A stretch of 64,000 nucleotides of DNA from Raillietiella orientalis. Its lineage: Eukaryota. Positions within the stretch are counted from its first letter, which is position 1. The number at the start of each line of letters is the position of its first letter. The position numbers and the translations under genes were made by a program. Location: contig JAYWIR010000007.1 of assembly GCA_036172245.1 (NCBI GenBank), positions 2,914,001-2,978,000 of the forward strand, in the 5' to 3' direction. A model generated the notes under the pieces. That model was not told the origin of the DNA, searched no databases, and was given only the letters and a program-made list of their open reading frames with translations. Below, piece after piece: positions 1 to 12,337 of this stretch.

Positions 1-1380
1 CAGGCCATCCATATCCTTCCCGTGTCTTTTGTCTCTGAAGCACCGTAATTTAGCGAGGGTCGTCTCGGTCATCCCCTCAGACGTAAGCATTTGATTTTCT
101 TGCCCTCGTTATGACTACCAAGAAACAAAGAACCTGTGCCCATCCTGGAATTGGTGCCGAACTCGGATCCTCTAGCCTGGTCGTGACGTCATTTCCGATC
201 AGTTGGCGATTCACGGCCTCCGGGACGAGGGCAGAAGGAGAGCAGCGAGCATGGCTGAAGACGAAAGCAAAAGATCAAAGGTCTTATTAGAATGAGCATT
301 TCGAATTGCCTCTAGCATTCGGATTATCAACCAATAGCGTGGGATGGCACTGGGTGAGACGACTGAGAGGCACGGACCTGCTCGACGAGCCACCCAAGGC
401 CAACACATGTGCTTCTGGATGGGCAGGGTCGCTTTTTTCTTCCTTCTTCTTGTTCGCCCCGGAGCATCGAATCACTTGCCAGCAAGCGCAAGGAGAGGTT
501 AAATCAACTTTCTCTTTCTTCGTTCTTATGCAGAATTGGCCAAGTCCATCTCTCCTTTACTGCATCCACCTTGGTAGCAGGATACGGATTCTTGATGACT
601 TCGTTTCCCTGCCAACACTGTGCACCTCTTCTTCGGAACGCTTCATCGCTCGTGGTTTTCTGGGCGTGGGAAGCTCGCAAGCCTTCAAAACAACTGCCTC
701 AGTTTCGGTACATCTCCTGGAAAATGGAGCTCGGACTCCCTGCAGTGGAAGGTGAAAGGCGTCCGCGTGTGCACAGGAATGCGTTGGAGATTAGGGACTG
801 GGACGCATCTCCAGCTTCCTCGTGATGGCAGCACTGCGAGCACTTTGTTGAAAGTACATGTCCCTCTTCAGTCGCTGATCTGCAAACCAGCAGAGACATT
901 CGGACAGCTGGCAGAATCGGGAATTTCCAATTTGGAAACTTCTCCGTTCTTTTCGAGACCAGTAGCGGCACCACCAGTGGCGAAAGAGTTACTGATGGCT
1001 CCCCGATTCATTCATTCTGCCGCCTTCCACCTCCTCCCACCTTTGGGCTCGCTGGTTTTCTTTCCCTTTGCATCCCTTTTTTTCTTGCCTTTTTGGTTTG
1101 CTTCGAGCTCGGAAATCGCTGCTTCAGCATGTCGGTGGTATGGGATGAGAACGCTGCCTCGCGGGCACTCAGAAGGCTCTTGGAGTGCCTCTCGGCCAAG
1201 GTGCGATTGAAGCGAGGAGGGGTGACCCCAAAGGGTTCGATTCTCGGGTAGTCAACGGGACGTCCGCCTGCGGGTGTGAGTGCATCCTACCGATTCCTGA
1301 GCCCTGGAGGCGTCATCGTGCGCGGGTATTCGATCCTTCGACTCTAGGTGCCGCGCCCGGTCGCCTGTGGCTACACGGCC
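1..1380 (+). repeat. Left arm of a long inverted repeat (partner 19111-20535); probably continues beyond the window start
   Basis: Base 1 pairs with 20535 and base 1275 with 19261 (constant coordinate sum 20536, so no net indel). Only a handful of substitutions seen (e.g. ~162, ~186-194, ~1004, ~1223). The ORF track shows identical peptides on opposite strands (306..755+ = 19781..20230-). 1276-1380 is homologous but more diverged. Confidence 0.97.
1324..1380 (-). mobile_element. tRNA-derived SINE-like head (degenerate A/B boxes)
   Basis: Reverse complement reads GGCCGTGTAGCCACAGG...GGATCGAATACCC, resembling a tRNA 5' arm/A box and a B box (GGTTCGAATCC). Paralogue at 19111-19167. Confidence 0.45.
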
Positions 1381-3299
1381 ATCAACACGGGCATGTCCTC
1401 ATTTCGAGCAGTCAGCACGTGCAGCTCGACGTTTCGACTGTGCTACCCGCAAAGATAAATTAATTTGGCTCCTGTGTGGGAGGATTTTTTTTTTTTTTTC
1501 CCCGAACGTGATGCTGCAGAAATCACCTGAAAGCTTCCTGACTCATGCAAAAAATGTAGGGGTGAGGATGTGGTCTCGGAAATGCGTTTAACAAACTAGA
1601 CGTCACCTCACTGGCGTGTGCTGACAACGTTGCCGGAAATCTCCTCAGCGCTCTGCAACATTTGGGAGAACCAACAGATTACCTAATCAGCTTTTAGGAA
1701 AAGGAGACGTTTTGTGATCCCCAAGGTCAATTCAATTAAATTACAGTTGAATGATTTGATGTTTGTAGTAGCAAGAGAAATGGAGGCATCTCTGTACGTT
1801 GGAGCAAAAAAATTCAATCAATTTGATTTCCCGAGAAAAATATTTTTTTTTTTTTACGCGTTTCAGTGGTCGGCATGTCTGCTGACTTCGTCGAGGAATC
1901 AAGGGGACACTTCGATCACCGTAGAAGAGCAGGTGCCTGCTCCGTGAGAATTGAATCCCTCCTGAAAATTTGGGAACAGTTTATTCAGAATCGAATGTAA
2001 TCTCACTGCCATGATTTATCCTTTGTGTCTTATGGAACGCAAATGGCAACTGTTCATCTGGAAAACGATCCGGACATTTCGAGTCACGTACCAACTAATA
2101 AATTTCGCAGGCATTAGGGTTATTTTCGGACGATCCCTATAAATCTCTCATCATTTGAACACCAATTTCAGCATGACGGCAAACAGAAAGCTCGAATTTC
2201 GTCAAGGAAATACAGTGGTTGGATTCTCCTCGCGTTTCCGTACATCTATTACTATGTAAGTACACGCGTAATTCAGAGCAAGCATGATCTATCACAGGGT
2301 GCAGAGAGGATCGGATTTCTAATTGGACGGAAAATCACCAAACGAAAGTTACCATCTCCTTTGAGGGAAACGCAGAGATGAAATGCAACGGGTTGACGCT
2401 CTCCAGCCTGCTGGCTCCTCCTGACAAACTTCTTTTTCCGCTTTCCCTTCTTTTCCTGGAATCGCAAAATTCTCGAGACCGCGAGTCTCAGTTTGAAATG
2501 TCGCAGGTTCGCTTGGGAAAAGCGAGTGCGAAATGGGAGGCATCTCGCATGACCGAGAACGTTGCGATCTCCACCTTGGTATGCAAACCTGCAATGTACG
2601 GTCATTCCTTTAATGGAAGCCAGCGACCAGCATTGCCGTTCCAGTTTTACCTAAGTGTCCTGGATTGTGACACAGTCTTTTCTTTTTCTTGATTTTGAAT
2701 CAAGTTTGAGGTACTGTAGAAATTGGTGATGAATGGTTTCCATGGATCTTCTGACAGCTAGAAATTTTCTGCTTCACACGTTTGAGGTCCAAAATGTTTA
2801 GCCGTTTGAACTGTTGTTGGCAAAGATACGTTCATACATTATGAACCTTTAACTTTTGCCTGTTGACCATTTCTGCCGTTGGTGGATAATCAATCTAGCT
2901 CAAGGATAATCCGAAGGCTATCGACGGCGCTTCGATTTTAATAGGAAATAACATCGATTAGCAACCCTAAGGAACATTAATTTTTTCTTGCCTCTGATGG
3001 ACACAATCTGATATTTCACAGCCATTGATTATTGCTTGCAACAGTTCCTAGGAAAATGATGGACTCGAACTGAGACCTTGTCGGCGTGCGTTGTACCGAT
3101 GCTTCGAAACTCAATCCCTGATAGTGGCACTCAGATGCATTACAGAAGCACACAGAGCCTTTTTTTTCCCCCCACGTCCTTTCTGCTACACTAAGTTAAA
3201 TCTTAAGAACCGGACTCCAAAGTAATACAACTGAGCTTTCATTTGGAATTCAAAGAAACCATTGCCGCAACGTAAAAGACTTCTAAACGAACAGGAACT

Positions 3300-5720
3300 T
3301 CATTGCTCGTTTTCTTTCAATCAAGTTACTGGAAAACATGGCCTTCACCATCGAAAAGTCGAATGCATCTTGGCATGGTTGTCTGCAGATAGTCCAGCGA
3401 GGATATTTTACTATGCCGTGACCGAACCGAACTGCAATTTGATCTCCTGTGGATCTCTTGTGGAATCAGGTTGAGGACTCTAGATGGTGATTCTCATTTG
3501 ACAAAAGCTTCTGGTATACAAAGCTATAGTCAGAAGAGGGTTGGGAACTCCAGTACATTCCCCACGAGGAATCCGTCCTCCGGTAGACAGGGCAGTCTCA
3601 AACCCCATCGGAACCTGCTCTGAAGCTACTAGAATCGCAAGTGTACACTTCTAACAGAACTTATGCTTCCTTCCATCTTGGACTCGTGCTGTCTTTTCTT
3701 TCGAGGAGAACTGGGAATGCCACTCTTGAATTGCACACATCCCATTATTATTTATGAACGGATGATTCGTTTTGCTGTGAGTATTCCATTTAGAATGTCA
3801 ATAATTTCGCCATGCTGAACTTGTAAGTAGTGATTAGTGGTTACTCGCATCCGCACAGGGCAGCACTGGATAAATTACTGGGAACTGTCCAAACGAATCG
3901 ATGAAACTGGTAGTGAGGACTTCCCAGGACGTAGAAAAGCTGCCTTGGACAAAATGGTTGAGCAAAGGAACACACATTTTCATTTTGATAGTTTTCTCAA
4001 ATTTAGACGCCAGGTTTGCTTTTGTTGCCTCCAGCCTTAGTTACTCCACACCCTGAGGATCATTTTATTTCTGCAACATTAATTTGAGCAGTCATGTTGA
4101 GAACACCCAAAAGTAATTTCAAAAAAGAAGCCATAAAATGATAAACCATTAAAAAAGTACTGAATGATTTCCTAAACCCAAATTTTCTTATGTTTCCGTA
4201 AACTCGAGAGATTTGTGCTGCTACTCCGTCGATCCTACTCTTACGTCGATCGCCTCGTGGTGACATCTTTTGCCTAAGAGAGAAAGCATCTTGGTTTATT
4301 AGTAGATTGTAGATCCATGAAAGAAGCTTTCATTTATATTCCATTACGATTTCTGGTTACATACTTCGTGTGACTGACTTTTGGCTTCTTGATAAAAGCC
4401 ATTGTGCATTAGGAGAATATTTTGATGAGTCCTGAGATAACAAACTGAGACCAAACTAAAATGGTGCCTTCACATTCTGGAGTCTCCCACACACAGATAC
4501 GTGATATTATGTTATCGTGATGGTAAATCTTATCTGCAGTTCTTCTTAATCATTTAGATTTTTCATCCTCCCGGATACAATACTTGAATATGGTAAGATG
4601 TCACGTTTTCCTGGACACTTCCGTCTTTCCGGAGACCTGTGTTACCTGGCACACTACAACCAGTAGGGTTCCCTGTCTCTTGCTTTGTTTCCATGAGCAC
4701 CATTCAGTGACTTTGCAGGAAACCTTCTGCCAAAACCTTCGAGAGTCGGAAATCCTTTGCGGCTGTAGGGACTAAATAGCACAACTGCTCATGCTGCCGA
4801 CAGTGCTCTCGTGAGAAGCCTGCGGAGAAGTCTCAGGGGCAGTTGATGCAGTAACGCAACTTCAAGTACCTACGAATGGTCAAAGAGCGGTGAGTAGACT
4901 GAAAATGCTTGTATCTCAGAACTTCAGCAAGCCATTGGAGAAGTAAAGCGGATGCTGGAATATCAGCCGGTGCCATGTACTGCGTGTGTAAACACAGCAC
5001 ATGGTGGCGGTCACATGTGAAAATGAGAAAGAAGAAAATGAATGACCCATTGATAGCTCAGGGTAAAAGATGTCGCTTCCATGAAGCACATTCCTCTCTA
5101 TGAGAGACAATGTTCGCTGCGAAAGGTGTTCACCCCTTGTTGAGGATCTTTTAACCGTTATGGGAATCAGTTCTCTACAAGCACAATGAGGTTATCTTAA
5201 ACATTTCACATTTCATTGAACTCGACATCAACACAGAGAGGAATTCTTATGAATTACCAAGGGAACAGTCATCCTGGACGATTGTTGCAGTGACAGTGAG
5301 CCACAAGTGCTCGGATAGTTCCTTAAGCGTCAATCTAAAGGACCAAAGTGGTGAATACGTGCTCTAAGCTTTAGAAGGAGCATCACTCACGATAAGAATC
5401 TGAAACGGCTAATCAGCTAGCATTCAGATGGGGGAGTTCTCATGATAAAAGGCGCGATGGCTGGAACATTGCTTTCCACATTTATGAAAGTTTATCGGTT
5501 TGACACGGCGTGTGGGAAACAGCTTATCCCTATTCTTTAACTCACTGATGATTAGATATATGAATTTGCCAGCATCGAGTTTCATGTACAGAAATTCCAC
5601 GATTGCATGTGGACAGATAAAATGTTTCCAACGTTTATGAAGGAAACGTCACTGCTCAAATCCGGAAACAGGGTCTCTTCGGAATGCTAATGCATCCATG
5701 TGACAAGTTTCGGTTCCTTA
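3300..5720 (-). mobile_element. Decayed non-LTR retrotransposon (L1/Tx1-like) ORF2 remnant
   Basis: Degenerate motifs appear in the expected order on the minus strand across frameshifts and stops: KLVTW (~5705, EN start), CNRGISV, LSEH (~5310, cf. SDH), KSRIDGV (ORF 4060..4266, cf. KSPGxDG), GWRQ (cf. NWRP), GRIPRG..PLL (~3570, cf. GIPQG), LSAD (~3385). Read by eye only. Confidence 0.45.
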
Positions 5721-7084
5721 AAAATTGGGAAGGGACCCAGAAGTGCAAAGGCATGTTCTTGGCTTTATGATGAAGCTGAAGAAAATGCTACTGATGGCAC
5801 TCCAGATATACAAGACCGCCATAATTGGTTCGTAACTATAAAGTGACCTCAACTCATCTGCTGCTGTTTACTCACCATATAAAAAGTAGTAATTCTTTAC
5901 AGTAGCATATGTACAGAAACAGTCATGAGGGAAAACCAAGCCATTCGAAAATTTTGTTCGTGTATGTACATCAATGCAATCCATGCATTTATAAATTTAC
6001 GTGCCCAGGTTATGGACCCCTTCGTTTTTGTTTTTTGTCTTCATTTATGGTACGAATTATCTCACAGCAAAGCGAATCTATCATCCCTACAAGTCAGTAT
6101 TGTCATCATTGATTCATTTAATAGTGCAGCTACAGCTCATTTGCTAATCTTGATTTTCGATTGTAGTTGATTTGACTAAATTAGGAGTCCCCCAGATTCA
6201 GCTCATCCCGATCACGTGCTTACCATGTGGTGTGGAATACCCTGCCAACATTGGTAGCGTGCATAAGGCTTTCTCACATTAGAAAAAATTCTAGAGCGAA
6301 TGGCTAAAAGCAAATTATAAAGTAATTTTTAGAAGGAGCTGCTTCATTGAAATCGATAAGGATATTACTGTTTTTTACTAATTCCGCAGAAAAGACCGAC
6401 CTCTTCGACAGCTTCGCTTTTCCAATGTGAAGGGGAGACGCGACCTCTCACCGCGCTTCCAAGGAAATCGCTGACAAAACACCTCCAAACCTCTACAGAC
6501 AAACATCACACACGGGCAAGTACACAGTAGGAAACGAAATTCTCAGAAAACCCGAATAAAATATCGGTTTATTTCAGGTTTGACCTCCGATCTCAGGCAC
6601 GCATTCACTAGGCTTTGGAGTTCGGATTTTATTTCGAAACAACTAGGAAGATCGACCTAACGGTTCCTTCTTTGACACATTTTGAAATAGTAAACAACCT
6701 GCCTTTTGGAAGCCACGATCCAAGGAGTCGTACTTGGCTCCGATGTCGCTGCTCGTAAAACGCTTCCCCCACATTCTCCGTTTCCCGACCGATGCTCGTT
6801 GACGTATCCTCATGCGGTTCAGCCACCCAGCTGGTACCCTTCCTCGTCTTCTAGCATCGCTGCTGCCTGCCCTCGAGGGCGTGGTCGTCTCAGAAAAAGG
6901 GTGCGAGTCCTCCGGTAGCTGGAGGACACCCGTCCCCTCGACCCGGACGACAAGCCAACGCTCCCGGAGATCGATGGAGGGTAAGATCAGCAGCAGTGCT
7001 AGAACGTACGGACGGTGTGTCCACTCAGCCCCCAGAAATCCGTGCAGTTTGTTCCAGCTGCGAGGAAGCGCCGCAGGCGAGCTA

Positions 7085-7650
7085 TCGATCTGGAGACAGT
7101 CACACGAACATGAGCTGACCATGGAGTGACCAGACATCGAGATGGCGATCAGTCGACGCCCCTGAGATGAGCCAACGACATGGAGATCAGCTGACGTCAC
7201 GATAATCAGCCAAAGACAACAAGATGAGGCGGAGGTTCGACCGAACATGCATCAGTGACACGACGATCATCCATCGGCACGACGATACGCCGATGACACG
7301 ATGATCAGGCAGCCACACGGAGATGAGCTGACCATGCAGTGACGGCGATCAGCTGACGCCCCCGAGATGAGCCAACGACACAGAGATCAGTAGACGTTAC
7401 AAGGATCGGTCAAGATGACCCGAACAGGCCAAAAAAGTCGACACGACGATCATCCATCGGCAAGGTGATGAGCTGTCGCCACGGTGATCGGCCAACGACT
7501 GGGAGATGAGCCGGAAACCCGAAGATGAGACGATGCCGTGGAGATAAACCGACTCCTCCATAGCCAGGCAACGACAACGTGATCTGGCGAAAACGTGGCG
7601 ATGACCCGACACCATGACTAGAGACACGGTGATGAGCCGACGACCTGCCT
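7085..7650. repeat. Degenerate nested tandem repeat (~20-bp GAGATGAGCC/GAGATCAGC core inside ~180-215-bp higher-order units)
   Basis: Repeated blocks: ATGAGCTGACCATG..GCGATCAG..GACGCCCC.GAGATGAGCCAACGACA..GAGATCAG at ~7110-7200 and ~7323-7398; GACACGACGATCATCCATCGGCA at ~7257 and ~7440; further GATGAGCC cores at ~7505 and ~7631. Confidence 0.8.
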
Positions 7651-8049
7651 GACCAATACAACGCTGCTTCTTTGGCGGAGCCAGCATTTCCCTTTGGGGA
7701 GTAGCAAGAGTAGCTTCAAAAAGACGCAGCTTCCTGGATAAATCGCTACTACTGTGTTTGGACTAGAAAGAACGCTTGCGAAAAGTGGAGAGAAAAACAA
7801 AAACAAATGCAAGTCGTTTTAGGTGTGACTGAGGATTTTGCCATTGAATTCGACAGGTTTTACCTACAAATTACGCAGTGTTGTGAGGCAAATTGTTCTT
7901 AATCATGTAAGTCAGGCTCCTTCCTTGCCTTCTGGACATTTCGTACATTCAGTTGCATAGCCGATCTGGCGCCGCGCAGATCTTCAAAAAGGTCTTTGAA
8001 ATGCAGCTGAAAAACTTGTTCGTGACTTTCTTGAGCGCACCAAGACGCG

Positions 8050-10100
8050 ACGCCTTCATACAACACGAGTCTGAAATTCAGAAGTGCCTCTTTTGAGACG
8101 AACTTCAAATGCACTCTTTGAAAGGAGTACGCCATTTTGCATGTTCATTCGATAACTTCAGGTACTGTTTGGTTAAAAAGTGTGTGAATGGAGTACACGA
8201 AGGAGGGGGGTCCTTTTTAAAACGGGAGGCGTGTTTTTCACAGCTGAAGGATGCTCGCTGATTCGAACTTCCATTCCCTCTGCTTGAATTCTGGTCTTTG
8301 ATGCACATTGCTTCCATTTTGCTTATTTCCTCATTGCAACATAAATTTATATGATTGGGCATGCGGCACTACGGCTGGCGTGGAAAAGCATTTGGATTCC
8401 ACTCTTGGAGATGGACCTCGAGGAAGTGAACCTCGGCTGCCGTAGAGTAACAAAAACAGTTGTTTTTGGATGAGGGGAAAGCGCTCGCAGCTGCTGCTGT
8501 CTTTGATAAATTTCGATTCCCATGTTGCCGGGAAAACGGGAAAAGAGGCACTGCATGACTACAAAGCCATACGTGAAAAATGAACCAGAGAAAACATGTA
8601 ACTAATGTCGAGCCTGAGAACAAGCCTTTTGCATACTGAACGGCATTCAAAGATCAGGTTTCTGTCTTCTACGTATGCACGAAAGTACTTTACGGATACA
8701 TTGGATAAGAATTTCGTGAACAAGAAACCAGAGAAGAAACGCATTAAGAAGCAAGAAACGGGAATCAGGAACATTTTTTTTTTTTACGGTGAAAACGAAA
8801 TTTCTCGAAAGCTTTTCCTAAAAAGCAGAAATAAGAAGTGAAATTTGGTACGGACCGATGTAAGCAAATAAAAAAAAAGCTTATATAATTGACTTCATGC
8901 AATTCCTTGTGCGGCCGCCGACAGAATGAACCAGTGTCCGATTCCGGGCTGGCTTCTCCAAGCACGGTTTGGTAACTCAACACGTTCTTCTGCATCTGCA
9001 GTTTCGAATCACAAAAGAACATTGAAGCACGTAAACAGTTTCGCGACTTTGACGGTTTGTGCAGCTGGTGTTAAACACGAGCTCTGAATTCTCAATCGGT
9101 TTCATGTGGGATTTCAAGTTCCTCATGCACGACTCCTGAGCGTGAAGACCCAAGCAGCAGACTCCCTCGACTGCTGCCAACCTTATACGCACATCGTCGC
9201 ATCGACTTCTTCAGGCCTTTGCTTTGAAGGCACTGGTATGAACAAGCTATGGTAATCTGCCGTTAGACACCCCCCCATTATCCACTCGGGGGTAGTCTTC
9301 ACTTAGTGCTGAAGAGTGCAGACCCTCCTACAAGTCACGAGTGAGAAAACTTGCAAACTTACTGTCGTCCTTTCTGATATTCGTGGCTGCAGTGTGTCAA
9401 GGAGGTCTTCGCTGAACTGGATGTTTTCTGACGTCTATCAACTCTATCTTTTAACACGTGTGACCTAAACATGTGAGTATGTTTCGTATGAAAGATGCAC
9501 GGACTCCTCACTCAAACAAGTCACTTTACGAACATCGGGGAAATTGGTTTCGGGATTTGTGGGATAAAGGAAATGTCCCCTCGGAACCCTCAGTCGTTTG
9601 TTACTGATGACACAACAGTTCGCGGTTAGGCGGAGGATCCTATAGCGTATATCTACAGTTTGAAGAGAACAACGATACAATGACCGCAGCCTGGGTTGAA
9701 TTTGTGATGAAGAGCAAATCTGGTACTCTGCTCGAGCCCAATAAAGTCCACTGCAGATGGACTACCTGCAGAAGACGATCACTTACAAGGGATGAGTAGC
9801 TTGAACGTGGGAATACTCGGAAGTTTTCGATGACGAGTTTGTGCTAAGTTTGTGAAACAACGCAACATTAGGGATGGAAAGTCAAACGGAGACAGCCGGC
9901 AGTGACTTCCACATTTCTGCAATGTGACAGAAGAAATTCATTACAAGAAGAGCAGTTTTCGGATTCTTCACCGCTCAGGGTTTCTGGCTAATCGAGTAAC
10001 CTACCGGTCGAATGTAGTGAGGTCCACGAATGCTTACTTGGACCACCAAGTGGACTTGCATCGAGAACTATGAAATTAATTGGCGCGATTACTGAGTGCT
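8050..10100 (+). mobile_element. Highly decayed LINE (CR1/L2-like) ORF2 remnant
   Basis: Weak motifs in order: ET-like (~8095), G-rich RxGGGV-like (~8200), LGD (~8405), TGCF (~9417, cf. GxFP), IGF (~9543), VYLQFEENNDT (~9647, cf. VYLDFxKAFDT), GILGS (~9810). Boundaries are approximate. Confidence 0.35.
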
Positions 10101-10620
10101 CTCACGTGATGCAATTTTGCTTCAACGCAGTCATGGTTTTCCAACAAGACTGTCCCATGATTTATTGCAACATATGCAGTAGGCACTTTTCAATGGTTTG
10201 GAAACACACCATCTTCTAGAAATACCTTGGCAGACTATACCAAGGAAGTATTGGTGGGATCAAGTGTGCGCGAAAGTTGTAAATTCGACTGACCAAAACC
10301 AAGTCACCGAGATAACGGCGTGAAACAAATAATGCACTACAAAAATTGAGAGTTTGAAAAGAAAAGAAAAAAAAGGGTATTTTGGAATCAAACAAGAGAA
10401 TTTCAAATGCTGAAATATTAAGTTACAGCATTCAAATACAAAAGTGCAATCTCTATGGAATGAGCAACTTCTATTACAAAGTTTCAAGATTTCTTTTGTT
10501 AAAACTAGGGATTTGATTAAATATGCACTGAAGCACGATACACGTGGTTGTATCAGTTGCCTGCATCAACCATTGCTACATTTATGGATTCATATATTTA
10601 AACCATTTTTTGTACTTGAG

Positions 10621-12337
10621 TTATTCTCCATCTTGCTGATCATACGGAAATGCAGTATTCAACTCCTGCAATTTGTGAGCGGAACGCTGGTTTGCACTGT
10701 TATTTACTTTATCAACTGCTAGCTCCGCAAAATGATTTTCCACCTGACTGTGCACCAAATTAAGATGTTGCTTCAACTGCTGATTGTATGAACATGAGTA
10801 ATCACACAAATGGCATTTGTGTGTCCTCTGCTGCTGACTGTGAGTCAACAAGTGTGCCTTTAATTTATCTGCAAGATCACTGCATCTATATGAGCTCGAT
10901 AGGGTTACAAACCTGGTCTACTAAATTTACGACTGCATCCATCCTTCTTATAAAATGGGCAACATAATTGTTTGCTAGGATCATGGATGACAGCATGCCT
11001 CTTGAGCTTATCCTTACGGTTGAAAGTTGCCTGACAGATAGAACATTGAAAAGGCTTCTCTCCAGTATGAATTAGCTGGTGATGCTTGAGATAATGCTCA
11101 GATCGAAAATACTTGTTGCAAATAGAACATAAATGACTTGGCAACGTTGCATGAGAAGGTAAGTGTTTTCGGAGATGCTTTTCACTAGGGAACACTTTAG
11201 GACAAGCAGGACATGGGTAACTATGAGAGTTCACTAACAAGTGAAGCTGGAGAGCTTGTGAGGTGGTGTAACGGCTGCAGCATTTGGGACATTGGTACAG
11301 CCTAGAGGGCATCATATATTGATAGAATAGCACATTTACCTTGGTTCACAATGAGCATCTGTTCCATGAATTCTCTGATGCTCTTCTAAAGAAGCAATGG
11401 AATCAGCTTGATGACCGCACATATGGCAAGAATAATGCCTATCTGTTTCATGCTGTTGACTATGCTCCAAATATGCATCCAAATCTTCAAAAGTGGAATG
11501 GCAAGAATTTACCAAGCAACAGAAAACCTATGTATGTTGAATTGGAATTCCTTCAGAACATATACCGACTTTTTGGTTTTTATGTTGAGAAAGATGCGTC
11601 TTCAGCTGGAAATAAGATCCAGAACGAAAAGGGCAGAAAGGGCAAGCATATGAGCAATCCAACATCAACTGCAAAGTTGACTCTTCTACAGGCACTGCAT
11701 GCAGCAGATCAGAAGGTAAAGTTCCTAATGACTGGGCAGGCCACACTTTATGCGAATTCATGTGTTTCTTAACATTTGACTTCTGTGCAAATGCCCGTCC
11801 ACAGACCAGACACTGAAAAGGTTTCTCTCCAGTGTGGCTACGAATATGCTGCTGTAAATCAAAGTTCTTGAAAAAGCGCTTTCCACAAAAAGAACACTTT
11901 AAGTGGTCCATGATGAGATGATGTTAGTTGGATTTGAAGATTAATGAGTCAGTTACCTTTTTTGTGGAAGTCTGATTGCCTTTGGGTACAGGACAGTAAG
12001 GTCTCTTGCTTTCAAGGATTGTCTCTACTGCAGTGACAAATGATGGAGAAGGGTTTCTTATTGGAACAGAAGAAAGACTCTGCTTTGTGGCAACTGGGGA
12101 ATCAAGTTGGAAATTATGTGCAACAGAGTTCAACAACAATGGATGATCCAGGGCCAGTATGCCTGTCTCATCAGGGGACAAAGTAAACTCTGATACAGTA
12201 ATAGAACTCATGTCATTTAAATCAGGTTTTTCAGCATCAGGGAAGTGAGAGTTGGGAGATAAAGTTGGGGAAAAAGAGTTCAAGACAGCAAAACTGTCAT
12301 TCAGCATACTGATCTCCACAGGCTGGAGCTGGATCAT
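10621..12337 (-). CDS. ZNF341: C2H2 zinc finger transcription factor, ZNF341 orthologue. Exons 12337-11957, 11908(or 11896)-11570, 11527-11340, 11301-10913, 10868-10621; 5' end may extend further upstream
   Basis: Contains [54 protein letters not shown], which closely matches the diagnostic ZNF341 finger pair, plus [10 protein letters not shown] and spliced [18 protein letters not shown] introns 11569-11528 (42 bp), 11339-11302 (38 bp) and 10912-10869 (44 bp) join the ORFs in frame and restore VFCCLVNSC and RPDKLKAH. Stop TAA at 10621-10623. A TTATAG acceptor just upstream of 12337 suggests more 5' exons. Confidence 0.92.

Noticed and set aside
7085..7650. CRISPR-like repeat-spacer array
   Set aside because: Repeats are degenerate and irregularly spaced, spacers are themselves related, there are no cas genes, and the context is eukaryotic.
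8105..8362. HMG-box-like peptide (KKDPPPSCTPFTHFL) on the minus strand
   Set aside because: Lacks the rest of the HMG helices and any exon structure; the + strand better fits a LINE endonuclease remnant.
11341..11772. 143-aa + strand ORF as an antisense gene
   Set aside because: Shadow of the ZNF341 coding strand; no independent features.
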